Shown piece after piece: positions 11,819-22,852 of a DNA stretch of 64,000 bases. Below the pieces are notes generated by a model that saw only the letters and a program-made list of their open reading frames with translations, was not told the origin of the DNA and did no database searches. The DNA comes from Bacillus sp. (in: firmicutes) (lineage in GTDB: Bacteria; Bacillota; Bacilli; Bacillales; Salisediminibacteriaceae), in the NCBI GenBank assembly GCA_021208645.1, contig JAJOJL010000086.1, positions 6,730 to 70,729 on the forward strand, written 5' to 3'. The position numbers were made by a program, and so were the translations under genes. Position 1 is the first letter of the stretch. Every line of letters begins with the position of its first letter.

Positions 11819-11835
11819 GATAGGGGAGAAGGAAA

Positions 11836-12105
11836 GTGACACCAGATACAGTCATAAAATTAGCGGAACAATCGATTTATACGATTATTATGGTAGCAGC
11901 GCCAATGCTACTCATAGCATTAGGTGTCGGCTTGCTTGTAAGTGTTTTTCAAGCCATGACACAAATCCAAGAACAAACCCTTGCCTTTGTGCCGAAAATA
12001 ATAGCCGTATTTATTTCCATTGTTTTATTCGGACCGTGGATGCTGACGAGACTGTTGGACTTTACACGAAACTTATACCAACAACTCCCTCATATTATTG
12101 GGTAG
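11836..12105 (+). CDS. fliQ: Export gate protein FliQ
   Basis: FQAMTQIQEQTLAFVPK. Confidence 0.97.
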   Translation: MTPDTVIKLAEQSIYTIIMVAAPMLLIALGVGLLVSVFQAMTQIQEQTLAFVPKIIAVFISIVLFGPWMLTRLLDFTRNLYQQLPHIIG

Positions 12106-12111
12106 GCAGTA

Positions 12112-12892
12112 ATGAATGAGTATATAGAGCTATTACCTTATGTATTATTAGTTTTTGTTCGTTTAACAAGCTTCTTTGTCATAGCGCCACTCTTTTCCAT
12201 GAGAGGTGTTCCGAATCAATTTAAGGTGGGCCTTGCTTTCGCTGTCACGTTAATAGTAGTTCCGGTTGTTCCTAGCGAAACCCAGATTGCTATGGATCTT
12301 TCATATATCCTTTTGATTTTAAAAGAATTCAGCGTAGGGATGATGCTAGGGTTCACAGCAGCACTATTGTTATTTGCTGTGCAGACAGCTGGGGCATTTA
12401 TCGATTTTCAGATGGGGTTTGCTATGGCAAACGTGATGGATCCTCAAACAGGCAGGCAAGTACCTATTATTGGCCAATTTAAGTATTTACTTGCACTGCT
12501 CTTTTTATTGGCCACGGATGGGCATCACCTTATGCTTCAAGGAGTTATGCGTAGTTTTCAACTTGTTCCAATAGAAGTTCTGGCCATTACTCCCGGTATG
12601 GATAGAGTAGCTTCTTTCATTACAATGCTATTTTTAGAAATGTTTTTGATTGCTTTGCAGATGGCTTTGCCTATCGTAGGGGCACTGCTGTTAGTAGATG
12701 TGGCCCTTGGGATTTTGGCGAAGACAGTACCGCAGTTAAACATTTTCGTTGTGGGTTTTCCCCTTAAGATCTTTCTAGGATTTATTTTATTACTGTTTAC
12801 GATTCCACTGTTTTTTTTACTTATTGCAAAATCTCTTTCAAAAAATCATCTCAAGTATGGGACAGTTGATTCAAATATTAGGGGGTACATAA
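12112..12892 (+). CDS. fliR: Export gate protein FliR (C-terminal frameshift)
   Basis: IDFQMGFAMANVMDP, PQLNIFVVGFPLK. Confidence 0.95.
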
Positions 12893-12895
12893 CTC

Positions 12896-13981
12896 GTGTT
12901 TTATCTTCCTCTCGACTTGCAGCTGTTTGCTGCCGAAAAAACAGAAAAAGCAACACCACAGAAGCGGCAGGAGAAAAGGCGAAAAGGAGAGGTAGCAAAA
13001 AGCGCTGAAGTGCCCTCTGCCATGATAATGTTCGGCGGGGTAATCGTCATTTATTTTCTTGGTGGCTGGATGTTAGAGCAATTTATGATTATTTTCCGAC
13101 TGAACTATACGCAGTATATAGGTTGGAATTTAACCCCTCAATTAATAAGTACATTATTTGAGCAAATGGCAATGCAGGGAATTAAAATAGTAGCTCCTGT
13201 AATGGTAATTGCCGTTGTTTTCGGATTTATTGGTAACTACATCCAAATAGGACCGATTTTTACAACGGAACCATTAAAGATAAAGTTAGAACGAATCAAC
13301 CCAATTCAAGGTGCGAAACGGATTTTTTCCATTCGTGCGTTAGTAGAGTTAACGAAATCATTAATGAAGGTAGCGATTATCTCTACGGCAGCTTTTGGGG
13401 TGTTATGGTCGAAAAGAGAGGAACTTCATTTATTATCACAGCAGACGATCAATGAGTCTATTACGTTTATCGGTTTGCTCATGTTTCAAATGGCTTTGAC
13501 TGCAATAATTGTCCTATTAATTTTAGCTGTTTTTGACTATATCTACCAGAAATATGAGTTTGAAAAGGGAATAAGAATGTCCAAGCACGATATTAAAGAT
13601 GAATTCAAAAAAACAGAGGGTGACCCCCTCATAAAATCGAGAATTAAAGAAAAGCAACGGCAGATGAGTATGAATCGGATGATTCAAGAACTTCCCAATG
13701 CGGATGTCCTCATTACTAACCCTACTCATTATGCAGTGGCAATAAAATATGATCCAGAAACGATGGATGCTCCTATGGTCATTGCGATGGGGAAAGATTA
13801 CATTGCCTTAAAGATAAAAGAAAAAGCTAGGGATTTAGAAATTATGATTATGGAAAATAAACCGTTGGCACAGGCTTTGTATCATCAGGTGGATGTTGGT
13901 GACAGCGTTCCAGAAGATTTGTTTATGGCTGTGGCAGAGGTTTTAGCATATGTCTATAGATTAAAAGGAAAGTCCATTTAA
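12896..13981 (+). CDS. flhB: Export switch protein
   Basis: EKTEKATP, NPTHYAVA autocleavage motif. Confidence 0.97.
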   Translation: MFYLPLDLQLFAAEKTEKATPQKRQEKRRKGEVAKSAEVPSAMIMFGGVIVIYFLGGWMLEQFMIIFRLNYTQYIGWNLTPQLISTLFEQMAMQGIKIVAPVMVIAVVFGFIGNYIQIGPIFTTEPLKIKLERINPIQGAKRIFSIRALVELTKSLMKVAIISTAAFGVLWSKREELHLLSQQTINESITFIGLLMFQMALTAIIVLLILAVFDYIYQKYEFEKGIRMSKHDIKDEFKKTEGDPLIKSRIKEKQRQMSMNRMIQELPNADVLITNPTHYAVAIKYDPETMDAPMVIAMGKDYIALKIKEKARDLEIMIMENKPLAQALYHQVDVGDSVPEDLFMAVAEVLAYVYRLKGKSI

Positions 13982-13999
13982 TAGGGGGAGGAAAAGAGC

Positions 14000-16035
14000 T
14001 TGAAAATTAGGGATTATGCAATTTTAGTAGCCGTTATTATGATAGTGGTCATGATGGTTATTCCTCTTCCGCCATTGTTATTAGATCTCTTAATTATATT
14101 TAATATTAGTTTAGCTATAACAATCATCCTAGTAGCAATGAATACAAAGGAAGCTTTGCAGTTTTCTATTTTTCCTTCATTGTTGTTACTGACTACATTG
14201 TTCAGGTTAGGTCTGAACGTTTCCACAACGAGATCCATTTTGACCCATCAGGATGCTGGTGAGGTAATTGCCACGTTTGGTTCGTTTGTCGTTGGGGGAA
14301 GTGCAGTTATTGGAATATTAGTGTTTTTAATTTTGGTAATTATACAGTTTCTCGTAATAACTAAGGGTACGGAAAGGGTTGCAGAGGTTGCGGCCAGATT
14401 TACCCTCGACTCCATGCCTGGAAAACAAATGAGTATTGATGCCGACCTAGGTGCAGGGATTATTTCTGAGCAAGAGGCTAAAAAACGGAGAGAAAAAATT
14501 AGTCAAGAAGCAGATTTTCACGGAGCAATGGATGGTGCTAGTAAATTTGTTAAAGGGGATGCCATTGCTGCAATTGTCATTACGATTATCAATATTATTG
14601 GAGGCTTAGTTATTGGTGTTGTTGTACACGGTATGTCTTTTGGCGAAGCAGGAGCATTGTTTACTTTATTGTCCATTGGAGATGGACTAGTTAGCCAAAT
14701 ACCGGCTTTGCTTATTTCCACAGCAGCAGGGATTGTCGTTACGAGGGCAGCATCTGATGGGAATCTAGGTTCTGATATAACAAAACAAATTTTGGCTATC
14801 CAAAGCTTTTGTATGTAGTTGCTGGGACACTTATTGTCATTGCGGTTGCGTCTCCTATTAGTGGGCTGTTAGTTTTCCCTATTGCTGGGTTAATTATTTT
14901 CGGGGCATATACATTGCAAAAAAATCTAACTGCTTCGGAAGAAGAAGAAATAGAATCTACCGATGCTAAAGAATTAGAGGAAATGAAGAGCCCTGAAAGT
15001 ATTAATGATTTATTGCATGTGGATGCAATTGAATTCGAGTTTGGCTACGGATTAATTCCCATTGCCGATAAAAATCAAGGCGGCGATTTATTGGACAGGG
15101 TAATTATGATTCGCAGGCAATGTGCTATGGAACTGGGTATCGTCGTACCTGTTATACGTATTCGTGATAATATTCAACTTCAGCCTAATGAATATGTTAT
15201 AAAAATCAAGGGGAATCGTGTAGCAAGAGGAGAGATAATGCTTGATCATTTCTTGGCGTTAAGCCCTGGTGTAGATGATGATCGGATCGAAGGGGTTGAG
15301 ACAGTAGACCCTGCCTTTGGGATGCCTGCTCTATGGATAAATGAAGGAATGAAAGAAGAGGCGGAGCTTTCAGGCTATGCAATTATCGATCCCCCGTCTG
15401 TCGTATCTACCCATTTAACGGAAGTAATTAAGCGCCATGCCCATGAACTAATTGGAAGGCAGGAAGTTAAATCTTTAATAGATAATATTAAAAACGATTC
15501 TCCTACTGTCGTAGAGGAGTTAATACCAAACCTTATGACGATTGGTGAGATTCAAAAGGTATTAATGAAGCTGCTGAAAGAAAAAGTATCAATTAGAAAT
15601 ATGCTGATTATCTTGGAAACATTGGCAGATTATGCAACGCAAACGAAAGATATTGATCTGCTTACAGAGTATGTAAGACAAGCACTCTCTAGACAAATTA
15701 CCTTGCAGTATTCTGTTGAAAATCAAGCGTTAAAGGTTATTACAGCAGGAGCTAGTTTAGAAAAGAAATTATCAGATTCGGTTCATCGTACGGAGCAAGG
15801 AAGCTATTTGTCTATTGATCCAGAAACATCACAAACTATTTTTCAGAAAGTATCAGAACAAGTTTCCCAGTTGCAACAATCAGGAATTCAGCCAGTTCTG
15901 TTAACCTCACCTGCAATTAGGATGTATATGAGGCAGTTTATTGAGCGGTTTGCTCCAGAGCTTCCAGTACTCTCCTATAATGAACTGGAACCAGATATAG
16001 AAATTCAGAGTGTTGGAGTGATTAATATCTCATGA
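14000..16035 (+). CDS. flhA: Export apparatus protein (frameshift near 14795)
   Basis: [32 protein letters not shown]. Confidence 0.96.
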
Positions 16036-17201
16036 GACTGAAAACATACGTTGTCAATAATATTAGTGAAGCGATGCCGATTATTAAAAAGGACTTAGGC
16101 ACTGAAGCCCTTATTTTGAATACAAAAAAAGTTAAAAGAGGAGGGTTTTTAGGCTTTTTTCAAAAAGAAAAAATGGAAGTGATCGCAGCAGTTGAATCGA
16201 AACCGGTACGAAAACATCCCAAAAAAGAAGTCTCTTTCCCTCCTCTAAAGGCAATGGAGTTAAAGGAAACTTTAGCTAAAGGAGAAGAGGGACCTTCAAC
16301 TACTTCTTCACTTTATGGAGATGCCAATTCTAACGTAGAGCTTATCCATGAGTTGAAGCATCTTAAACAATTCATAATGAGGGTAATGGAGGATGACCGG
16401 TTGCCTGAACCTTTAGCTGGTATGAATCAACAGTTTCTAAAGCAGGAGATATCACCCCAAGTTCGTTCCGAACTAATTTCAAGTTTAATGATCAAGGTGG
16501 AAAAATCAGGTGAGTTTACTGCTGCTCAAATAAAAAAGGCTGCGAAGGAAGAAATTATCAAACTGATTAATGAATATGTAAAGAAGGTTGTTACAAACCA
16601 AAAGGACCCTAAAGTCATCTGTTTTATTGGACCGACAGGGGTTGGGAAGACAACGACAATTGCAAAAATTGCTGCTGATTATATGTTAACAAAAGATAAA
16701 CAGGTGGGATTAATTACATCAGATACGTATCGTATTGCTGCTGTAGAACAACTGAAAACCTATGGAAGTATCTTAAATATCCCTGTAAGAGTAGTAGACA
16801 CCTTTAAAGAACTGACGGGAGCTATGGAGGAATTAAAGAATTGTGATGTTATTCTAATGGATACTGCGGGGAGAAATTATCAGCAAAAACAATATATTAA
16901 TGAGTTGGAGCAGTTACTAAGTAACAAGGACGAAATAGAAATTAACTTAGTTTTAAGTTTGACGTCCAAGTATGAAGACATGAAGCTTATTATTGATAAC
17001 TTTCAGTCTATAAAAATGGAACAGTTAATCCTTACGAAAAAAGATGAAACAAGTTCTGTGGGCAATATTTTAAATTTATTGCATGACTACGGAATCCCTT
17101 TAAAGTATATAACGACAGGTCAAAATGTCCCTGATGATATTGTTACAGTTACTCCGCAGTTGATTGCAGACTATATTTTAGGAGAAGATGACTATGCTTG
17201 A
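16032..17201 (+). CDS. flhF: SRP-type GTPase
   Basis: GPTGVGKTT, DTYR, DTAG, TKKDE, GQNVPDD. Confidence 0.96.
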   Translation: MRLKTYVVNNISEAMPIIKKDLGTEALILNTKKVKRGGFLGFFQKEKMEVIAAVESKPVRKHPKKEVSFPPLKAMELKETLAKGEEGPSTTSSLYGDANSNVELIHELKHLKQFIMRVMEDDRLPEPLAGMNQQFLKQEISPQVRSELISSLMIKVEKSGEFTAAQIKKAAKEEIIKLINEYVKKVVTNQKDPKVICFIGPTGVGKTTTIAKIAADYMLTKDKQVGLITSDTYRIAAVEQLKTYGSILNIPVRVVDTFKELTGAMEELKNCDVILMDTAGRNYQQKQYINELEQLLSNKDEIEINLVLSLTSKYEDMKLIIDNFQSIKMEQLILTKKDETSSVGNILNLLHDYGIPLKYITTGQNVPDDIVTVTPQLIADYILGEDDYA

Positions 17202-18051
17202 TCAAGCAAAAGGGCTGAGGGAGAAAATACAAAAAAAAACAGAAAGATAAGAAGCAGCGGAATACGAGGGTAATTGCAGTGACAAGTGGTAAGGGTGGCG
17301 TGGGAAAGTCGAATTTTGCATTAAACTTTGCCCTTTGCCTTGTTAGGCAAAAACGTAAGGTGATAATTTTTGATGTAGATTTAGGTTTCGCAAATATTGA
17401 CGTATTGTTAGGCAGATCCCCAAGGGAATCAATTGCTACGATGCTTGAAAAGGATTTGTCTATTGCTGATATTATGGAAGATGGACCTGAAGGCTTAAAA
17501 TTTATTTCTGGCGGGACTGGATTTAGTGAACTATTTCATATGGGTGAAGGACATCTAGCTAAATTTTTTAATGAACTAAGTAGTCTCCATGGGGAAGCCG
17601 ATTTCATCATTTTAGATACAGGAGCAGGGCTTTCTCAAGAGAATTTACGGTTTATTTTGGCTGCTGATGATGTCATCTTGGTGACGACTCCTGAGCCTAC
17701 ATCCATTACGGATGCTTATGCAGTAGTAAAAATGGTGACATTAAAAAAACGGAATATTCCTATTAAAATCTTAATAAATCAATGTACGAACGAGAAGAAG
17801 GGGAACAGACAGCAGCAAATTTTAAAAAGGTAGCTGCGGAGTTTCTTCATAAGCAAATTGAAACTTTAGGGTATATTCCTGAAGATAGGAATGTATCCAT
17901 GGCTGTAAGAGGTCAAGTTCCTTTATTGATGGCTTTTCCTAAGAGTGCTGCTACGTTGGCAATGGAAAGGGTAACTTGTGAATTTTTACAACTTCCTGTG
18001 TCTTATAAGCTAGGGATTCGAGGATTTTTATTGAAATTAATGCTGAAGTGA
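17194..18051 (+). CDS. flhG: MinD-like ATPase FlhG (frameshifted)
   Basis: MLDQA N-terminus, SGKGGVGKS, TTPEPTSITDAY. Confidence 0.93.
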
Positions 18052-18069
18052 CCGTATAACGCGGAAAAG

Positions 18070-18855
18070 GTGGTGAAGCTATTGGTGAACAATAAACTGT
18101 CCAAAGAAGAACTTTCTCTTTGGGGGAAATGGCAAAAGCAACAAAATAACCAAGCTGGTGATGAATTAGTAAAAAAATACCTTCCTTTAGTTGAGTATGT
18201 TACGGAACGGTTTATGATTAGTTTACCTAAAACAGTGGATAAACAAGATATTTATAGCTATGCCTTGGAAGGGCTTCTTGATGCTCTCAACAAATTTAAT
18301 ATAAAGAAGGATTTAAAGTTTGAAACGTATGCCACATGGCGGATTAAAGGGGCAATTATTGACGGTCTCCGGCAGAGCGATTGGCTCCCCCGGTCAGTCA
18401 GGGAAAAAGTAAAAAAAAATTGAAAGGCATATGTTGACTTAGAACAAAAATATAATAAGTCTGTAACAGATGATGAAGTTTGTCGCTACTTGGGGATTAC
18501 AAAGCAAGAGCTCCATCGGGCTGTGTCGGAAGCTGCTTTGTCGGCAATGATCTCCATTGACGAAGTAATCGATGAGGATAATGATGTTAGAAAGTACACA
18601 AGCATTCCTGACCCTCATGCTGTTCAGCCAGAGAGGGTATTTTTTGAACAAGTGACAAAAGAAGCATTGGTGAAAGCAGTAGAAAGGTTACCAGAAAAAG
18701 AAAAGCTTGTTGTTTCATTATGTTATTTTGAAGAATTAAGGTTGACAGAGATTGCAGATGTTTTAAGTATTAGTGTTTCACGAGTTTCGCAGTTGCACTC
18801 AAAAGCAATGTTGCGCCTGCACGGGGCAATTATGTCTGTTTATGAGCATTTATAA
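18070..18855 (+). CDS. sigD: Flagellar sigma factor FliA/SigD (frameshift at A-run near 18415)
   Basis: KFETYATWRIKGAIIDGLRQSDWLPRS, EIADVLSISVSRVSQLHSKA. Confidence 0.92.
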
Positions 18856-18913
18856 ATTAACTGAAGGTCTAATTTAGAAGGAAGGTTTGGTGATCTTGTG
18901 GAAGGGTTTCTAA

Positions 18914-19358
18914 TTGCGCTACTTTTTTGTCTTTGCATTCGTCAATCTTGGGTTAACTATTTTTTTGTTGAAGAAGGAAAAAGAAAACAGGCCTTCAATA
19001 GATCCAGAAATCCTTCATCATAATATGGAAGAATTTGTGGTAAAGATGGAGAAAGAAAATAATGAACTATATGAAAGAATGATCAATTACATAAAGGAAA
19101 AGGAAACTATTTTGGAGAAAAGGATTAGTTCTGCGGAAAAAAAAACTTTCATCAGAAAGACGCTATTATTAATTTGGAAGAACATAATGTTAACCATCTA
19201 GCAGAAAATTCAGTGAGCAGAAAGAAAAGGATACTATCATCCAATTGCACAAGCAAGGCTTCTCTACGAAACAAATTGCGAAGATTATGCAAAAGGAGAT
19301 AAGTGAAGTGGAACTCTATGTGAAAATGATAACAGTGAAACAAGGAAAACTTAAATAA
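18914..19358 (+). CDS. swrB: SwrB/YlxL-like protein (frameshifted)
   Basis: N-terminal TM, coiled coil, C-terminal HTH-like LHKQGFSTKQIAKIMQKEISEVEL; follows sigD. Confidence 0.7.
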
Positions 19359-19371
19359 CTGGGGTGTATTT

Positions 19372-19812
19372 TTGTGCGGATTGAAGGGCAAACCAACTTT
19401 TCTATGGAGAAACTTTTTAAAAGGCTCAGGAGTAGAAAAATCTAATGGTTCCTTTGCAAATATATTAAATAATTCAAGTGAAAAATTGCATTATGAAGCG
19501 TTAAGTAGGCTAGTTAAACTAGTTGATTTGCAAGGAGAAAAGCTGATAAAGCATAGAACAATTGAGAATTTTAGGGATTATAAGAAGTTTATACAGAGGT
19601 TTGTTCAGGAGGCAGTTAGTTCAGGTTTACATTTAGCAGATAGACATGATACGTATGCTGATGGAAATGTGAAAACTGTTCAAATAATTGAAGTGATTGA
19701 TGATAAATTACTAGAACTTTATGAAGAAGTAATGAATATGGAAGAAGATAGAATTGCTATTCTTAGTTTAGTTGGTGAGATTAAGGGTTTAATTATTAAT
19801 TTGTATATGTAG
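19372..19812 (+). CDS. YaaR/DUF327 family protein
   Basis: QGEKL...FRDYKKFIQRFVQEAV...IDDKLLEL...GEIKGLIINLYM. Confidence 0.8.
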   Translation: MCGLKGKPTFLWRNFLKGSGVEKSNGSFANILNNSSEKLHYEALSRLVKLVDLQGEKLIKHRTIENFRDYKKFIQRFVQEAVSSGLHLADRHDTYADGNVKTVQIIEVIDDKLLELYEEVMNMEEDRIAILSLVGEIKGLIINLYM

Positions 19813-19926
19813 ACTTCAGAAATAACCTGTAACGGCAAAGTCCTTACTATTACCAAGATGTAAGCTATTGGGAATTATAACTTGTATTAACTTTTGTATG
19901 TCAATGTCATTTTGGGGAGGGTGCAG

Positions 19927-20270
19927 ATGAGAGAAACCGCAGAGAATTCTTCCGTGTAGATTTTAGTCCAATGTTGGATGGAAAAATCACCGTATATGGT
20001 GGAGAATACTATTATATACGTATTGATAATATTAGTGTCGGAGGTATGAAATTCATGTCTACTGTAGATATACCAATTGGAACAGTGATTGAATGCCGTT
20101 TTAATATACTTGATTCATCCTTTAGAATATTTGCCGCAATTGTACATAAATATACAATGGTAAGTGATGTGGAATACCGTGTGAAATTTGATATTGACCG
20201 ACGAACAACAACAGAACTATTTCAACAGTTGAATAAATATTTAATTGTGCAGCGTAGGAAAAAATCATAA
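19927..20270 (+). CDS. Stand-alone PilZ-domain (c-di-GMP binding) protein
   Basis: RREFFR (RxxxR) lies in frame upstream of ORF 19971, plus DNISVGG (D/NxSxxG); RBS GGGGAGG before ATG 19927, probable 5' frameshift. Confidence 0.8.
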
Positions 20271-20319
20271 TGTCATAGTGTAGTAAAAAAATGTGATTTT
20301 AGCGATAATACGTTTCCGA

Positions 20320-20350
20320 AGCCTTCCTGTTAGTAAGTAATGGGAAGGCT
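20320..20350 (+). terminator. Hairpin terminator after the flagellar cluster
   Basis: AGCCTTCC...GGAAGGCT stem followed by T-rich sequence. Confidence 0.6.
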
Positions 20351-20563
20351 ATTAGTTTTGTAAAATTAAATTTGTGTGTTAAGTGGGAATTTGAAGCTTG
20401 ACTAAAAATCATCTCGATTGTGTTGTTTTTCTTAAAGTGAATCTCCCCAATTTAATAAATTGAGGGAACAGACCCATTTCCATTATTTTTTCACAAAGAT
20501 TTAAGGTTTATTTAATGTTATTCTATTTTAATTCGTGATTTAATAGTAGTGGTGGTATTTTTA

Positions 20564-20984
20564 TTTAAATGGCTCTTTTCGCATAGATTGTTGTTTTTGA
20601 GCAATATTTTGGGCTTGGTTACGCTACAGGCGGACGCTTTCCGCGGGCAATGCCTCAGCCTCCTCGGAGACAACTGAAAAGGCACGTTCTTAGCCGTTCA
20701 GTTGCCGTAGCAATGAGCGTAGCCGTTGCATGGTCTTAATGTTAGCTTTGAGTGCTCTTCTCAAAGCTAACGCGCAACGAGCGAAGCCATTGCCACTCTT
20801 TTTCCCTGCGGTGTCTTCGTCTATTAACCCTGTCTCTTCCTCTGCTAGCATTTCTTTGTAGCATTTTCCGTCGAGACAACTTGTAGCTAATTCAAGAAGC
20901 TAAGCTCGTCTCTGGAGTCGCCTTCTTCCGCTCCACCAAGCCTTGTTAAAATAGCGACAAAGTTTACGAAAAGAGCCATTTAAA
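20564..20984. mobile_element. MITE-like repeat, family A copy 1, with nested family B element
   Basis: Perfect 18-bp terminal inverted repeats TTTAAATGGCTCTTTTCG / CGAAAAGAGCCATTTAAA; core GCTACAGG..TTTCCGCGGG..AGCCTCCTCG shared with two other copies. Confidence 0.75.
20710..20793 (+). repeat. Structured repeat, family B copy 1
   Basis: GCAATG-AGCGTAGC-CGTTGC..hairpin..GCAACG-AGCGAAGC-CATTGC. Confidence 0.8.
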
Positions 20985-21042
20985 ATAACGAAGCAAGTGC
21001 TTGCTCAAAACAACGATGGCTATACAGCCACCACCATAAAAG

Positions 21043-21201
21043 GAAACTATAAATAAGTAGTTGATTTCCGCTACAGGCACTCCCTTTCCGCGGGAGGTTG
21101 TGGAGCCTCCTCGGCTTCGCCTGAGGTGTCTCCCCTTAACCTCTTTTCCCGCAGGAGTGTCGTGCCTTACGCAAAAAATCAACTTTATTAACCATAGTTT
21201 C
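21043..21201. repeat. MITE-like repeat, family A copy 2
   Basis: GTTGATTT-CCGCTACAGG..TTTCCGCGGG..AGCCTCCTCG..TTTTCCCGCAGGAGT..AAATCAAC with inverted ends. Confidence 0.75.
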
Positions 21202-21240
21202 TGTATAAAAAGCTCAAAACACTAGCTTTTCGAACATACC

Positions 21241-22839
21241 CTATACCATTCCAATAATCGTGTAGGCAATATTAACTGAATGATGATTTACCCGCAATAA
21301 TTCATTCATCACATCCACATAAACTGCACTTAATCTACTGCTCTCATTTTCACCATGATTAAAATGTTCAAACCTTAAATTCTTTTCCATTCTTAAAATC
21401 ATTGGATTACGATTTATAACTTCAATCGCCTTACTTTCGTCCCCTTCAGAAAAGGATTCCATTGCCAGGCGATAACTGTCCTTCACTTCTTTATAAAACT
21501 CTATAATTCCTTCTGTTTCCCACTTATTTAAACTTGTACGGGTATCCTCCAGTTTTGTCGTAATGATTGCGACTTGCTGAAGGGAGTCAGATATTCCTTC
21601 TAAGTGATTATTTATATATAAATGTTTCAGGTTCTCGCTGGATTCTTCATCCGATAAATCCCTTTTTGTTATGTCTTGAAGATAGTGGTATATATGCTTA
21701 TAAATAGCGTCTATCGTATCTTCATACTGAATCACAGCCTGGCGTTGAACTGGTTTTGCATTATCCAATAAGTCTTCAAACTTAACAAACATTTTTCCTC
21801 TATTAAATTTGCCATATGGGATAATTCACTCTTTGTCTTTACTAAGGCAACAGTTGGTACTTCTAAACTCTCTTTATCCAAATACTTAATATGCTTCGGT
21901 GTTTTTTTCCTTATAAGGCAACAGCTTTACCATCCAGTCGGCAAATTTATTACAGAACGGCAATAAGATAAGTAAATTGGCGATATTAAAAACCGTATGG
22001 GCATTGGCAATTTGCCGCTCCACATCTCCACCAGTCATATTTAAAGCATGAACAAACAATTGGGTAAATGGAAGAAATACTAACACCCCGATTATTTTAA
22101 AAATTGCATGGGCAACTGCTGTTCGCTGCGCATCTTTCGAGGCATTAAGGCTAGAAATTAATGCTGTGACTACTGTTCCAACATTTGCCCCGTAGACAAT
22201 AGCAATCGCTGCTTCAATCGTTAATGTACCTGATGCAGCAAGGGTCATGGCAATAGCAATCGTCGCTGCACTGTTTTGAATAATAGCCGTAAAAATCAAA
22301 GCAATGAGAACCGTAATAATCAAATTATCTGTTAAATACACAAAGGCTTCCGCAAATTCAGGATTATTCTGTATAGGAAGCATCGCCTCCGTAATCATTC
22401 CCATCCCAAAGAAAACAAAACCAAAGCCTAAAACAATTGTACCAACAGCTTTTACCTGAGGAGATGCAACAAAAAAAATGAGTACCCCTAGCGCAACAAA
22501 GATAAGTGCATAGTCTGTAATTTTGAAAGCTATTAACTGAACCGTTAACGTTGTTCCAATTGCCGAGCCTAGCATAACACCCATCGCTTGCCTTAACGTC
22601 ATTAACCCAGCATTTACGAAACCTACGACCATAACTGTAGCAGCACTAGAAGATTGAAGGACAGCAGCCAGTACCATCCCGGCAAAAGATCCATACAATT
22701 GGTTTTTTGTTACTCTACTTAAAAAATTCTTTAAATGTTGGGAAGCTGATTTCTTTAACCCTTCACTGGCAATATACATTCCATAAAGGAAAATTCCTAG
22801 CCCGCCTAACACCCCCATTATTAATTGAATCCAATCCAT
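21241..22839 (-). CDS. Na+/phosphate cotransporter (NptA/YqeW family) with PhoU-like C-terminus; frameshift near 21905
   Basis: QSSSAATV and QNSAAT repeats, GANVGT; downstream PhoU-like ORF joins across a T-run. Confidence 0.9.
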
Positions 22840-22852
22840 CTAAATCCTCTCC

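Noticed and set aside
2886-19358. Many split flagellar genes suggesting a pseudogenised cluster
   Set aside because: Breaks fall mostly in homopolymer runs and occur equally in rph, rdgB, sdhC, ptsH, ktrB and fixA, so sequencing indels are the best explanation
20489-20548. Pho-box-like TTCACA/TTTAAG/TTTAAT spacing
   Set aside because: AT-rich, weak match, and no downstream gene on that strand
20964-21182. 72-aa ORF
   Set aside because: Lies within family A repeat sequence; spurious
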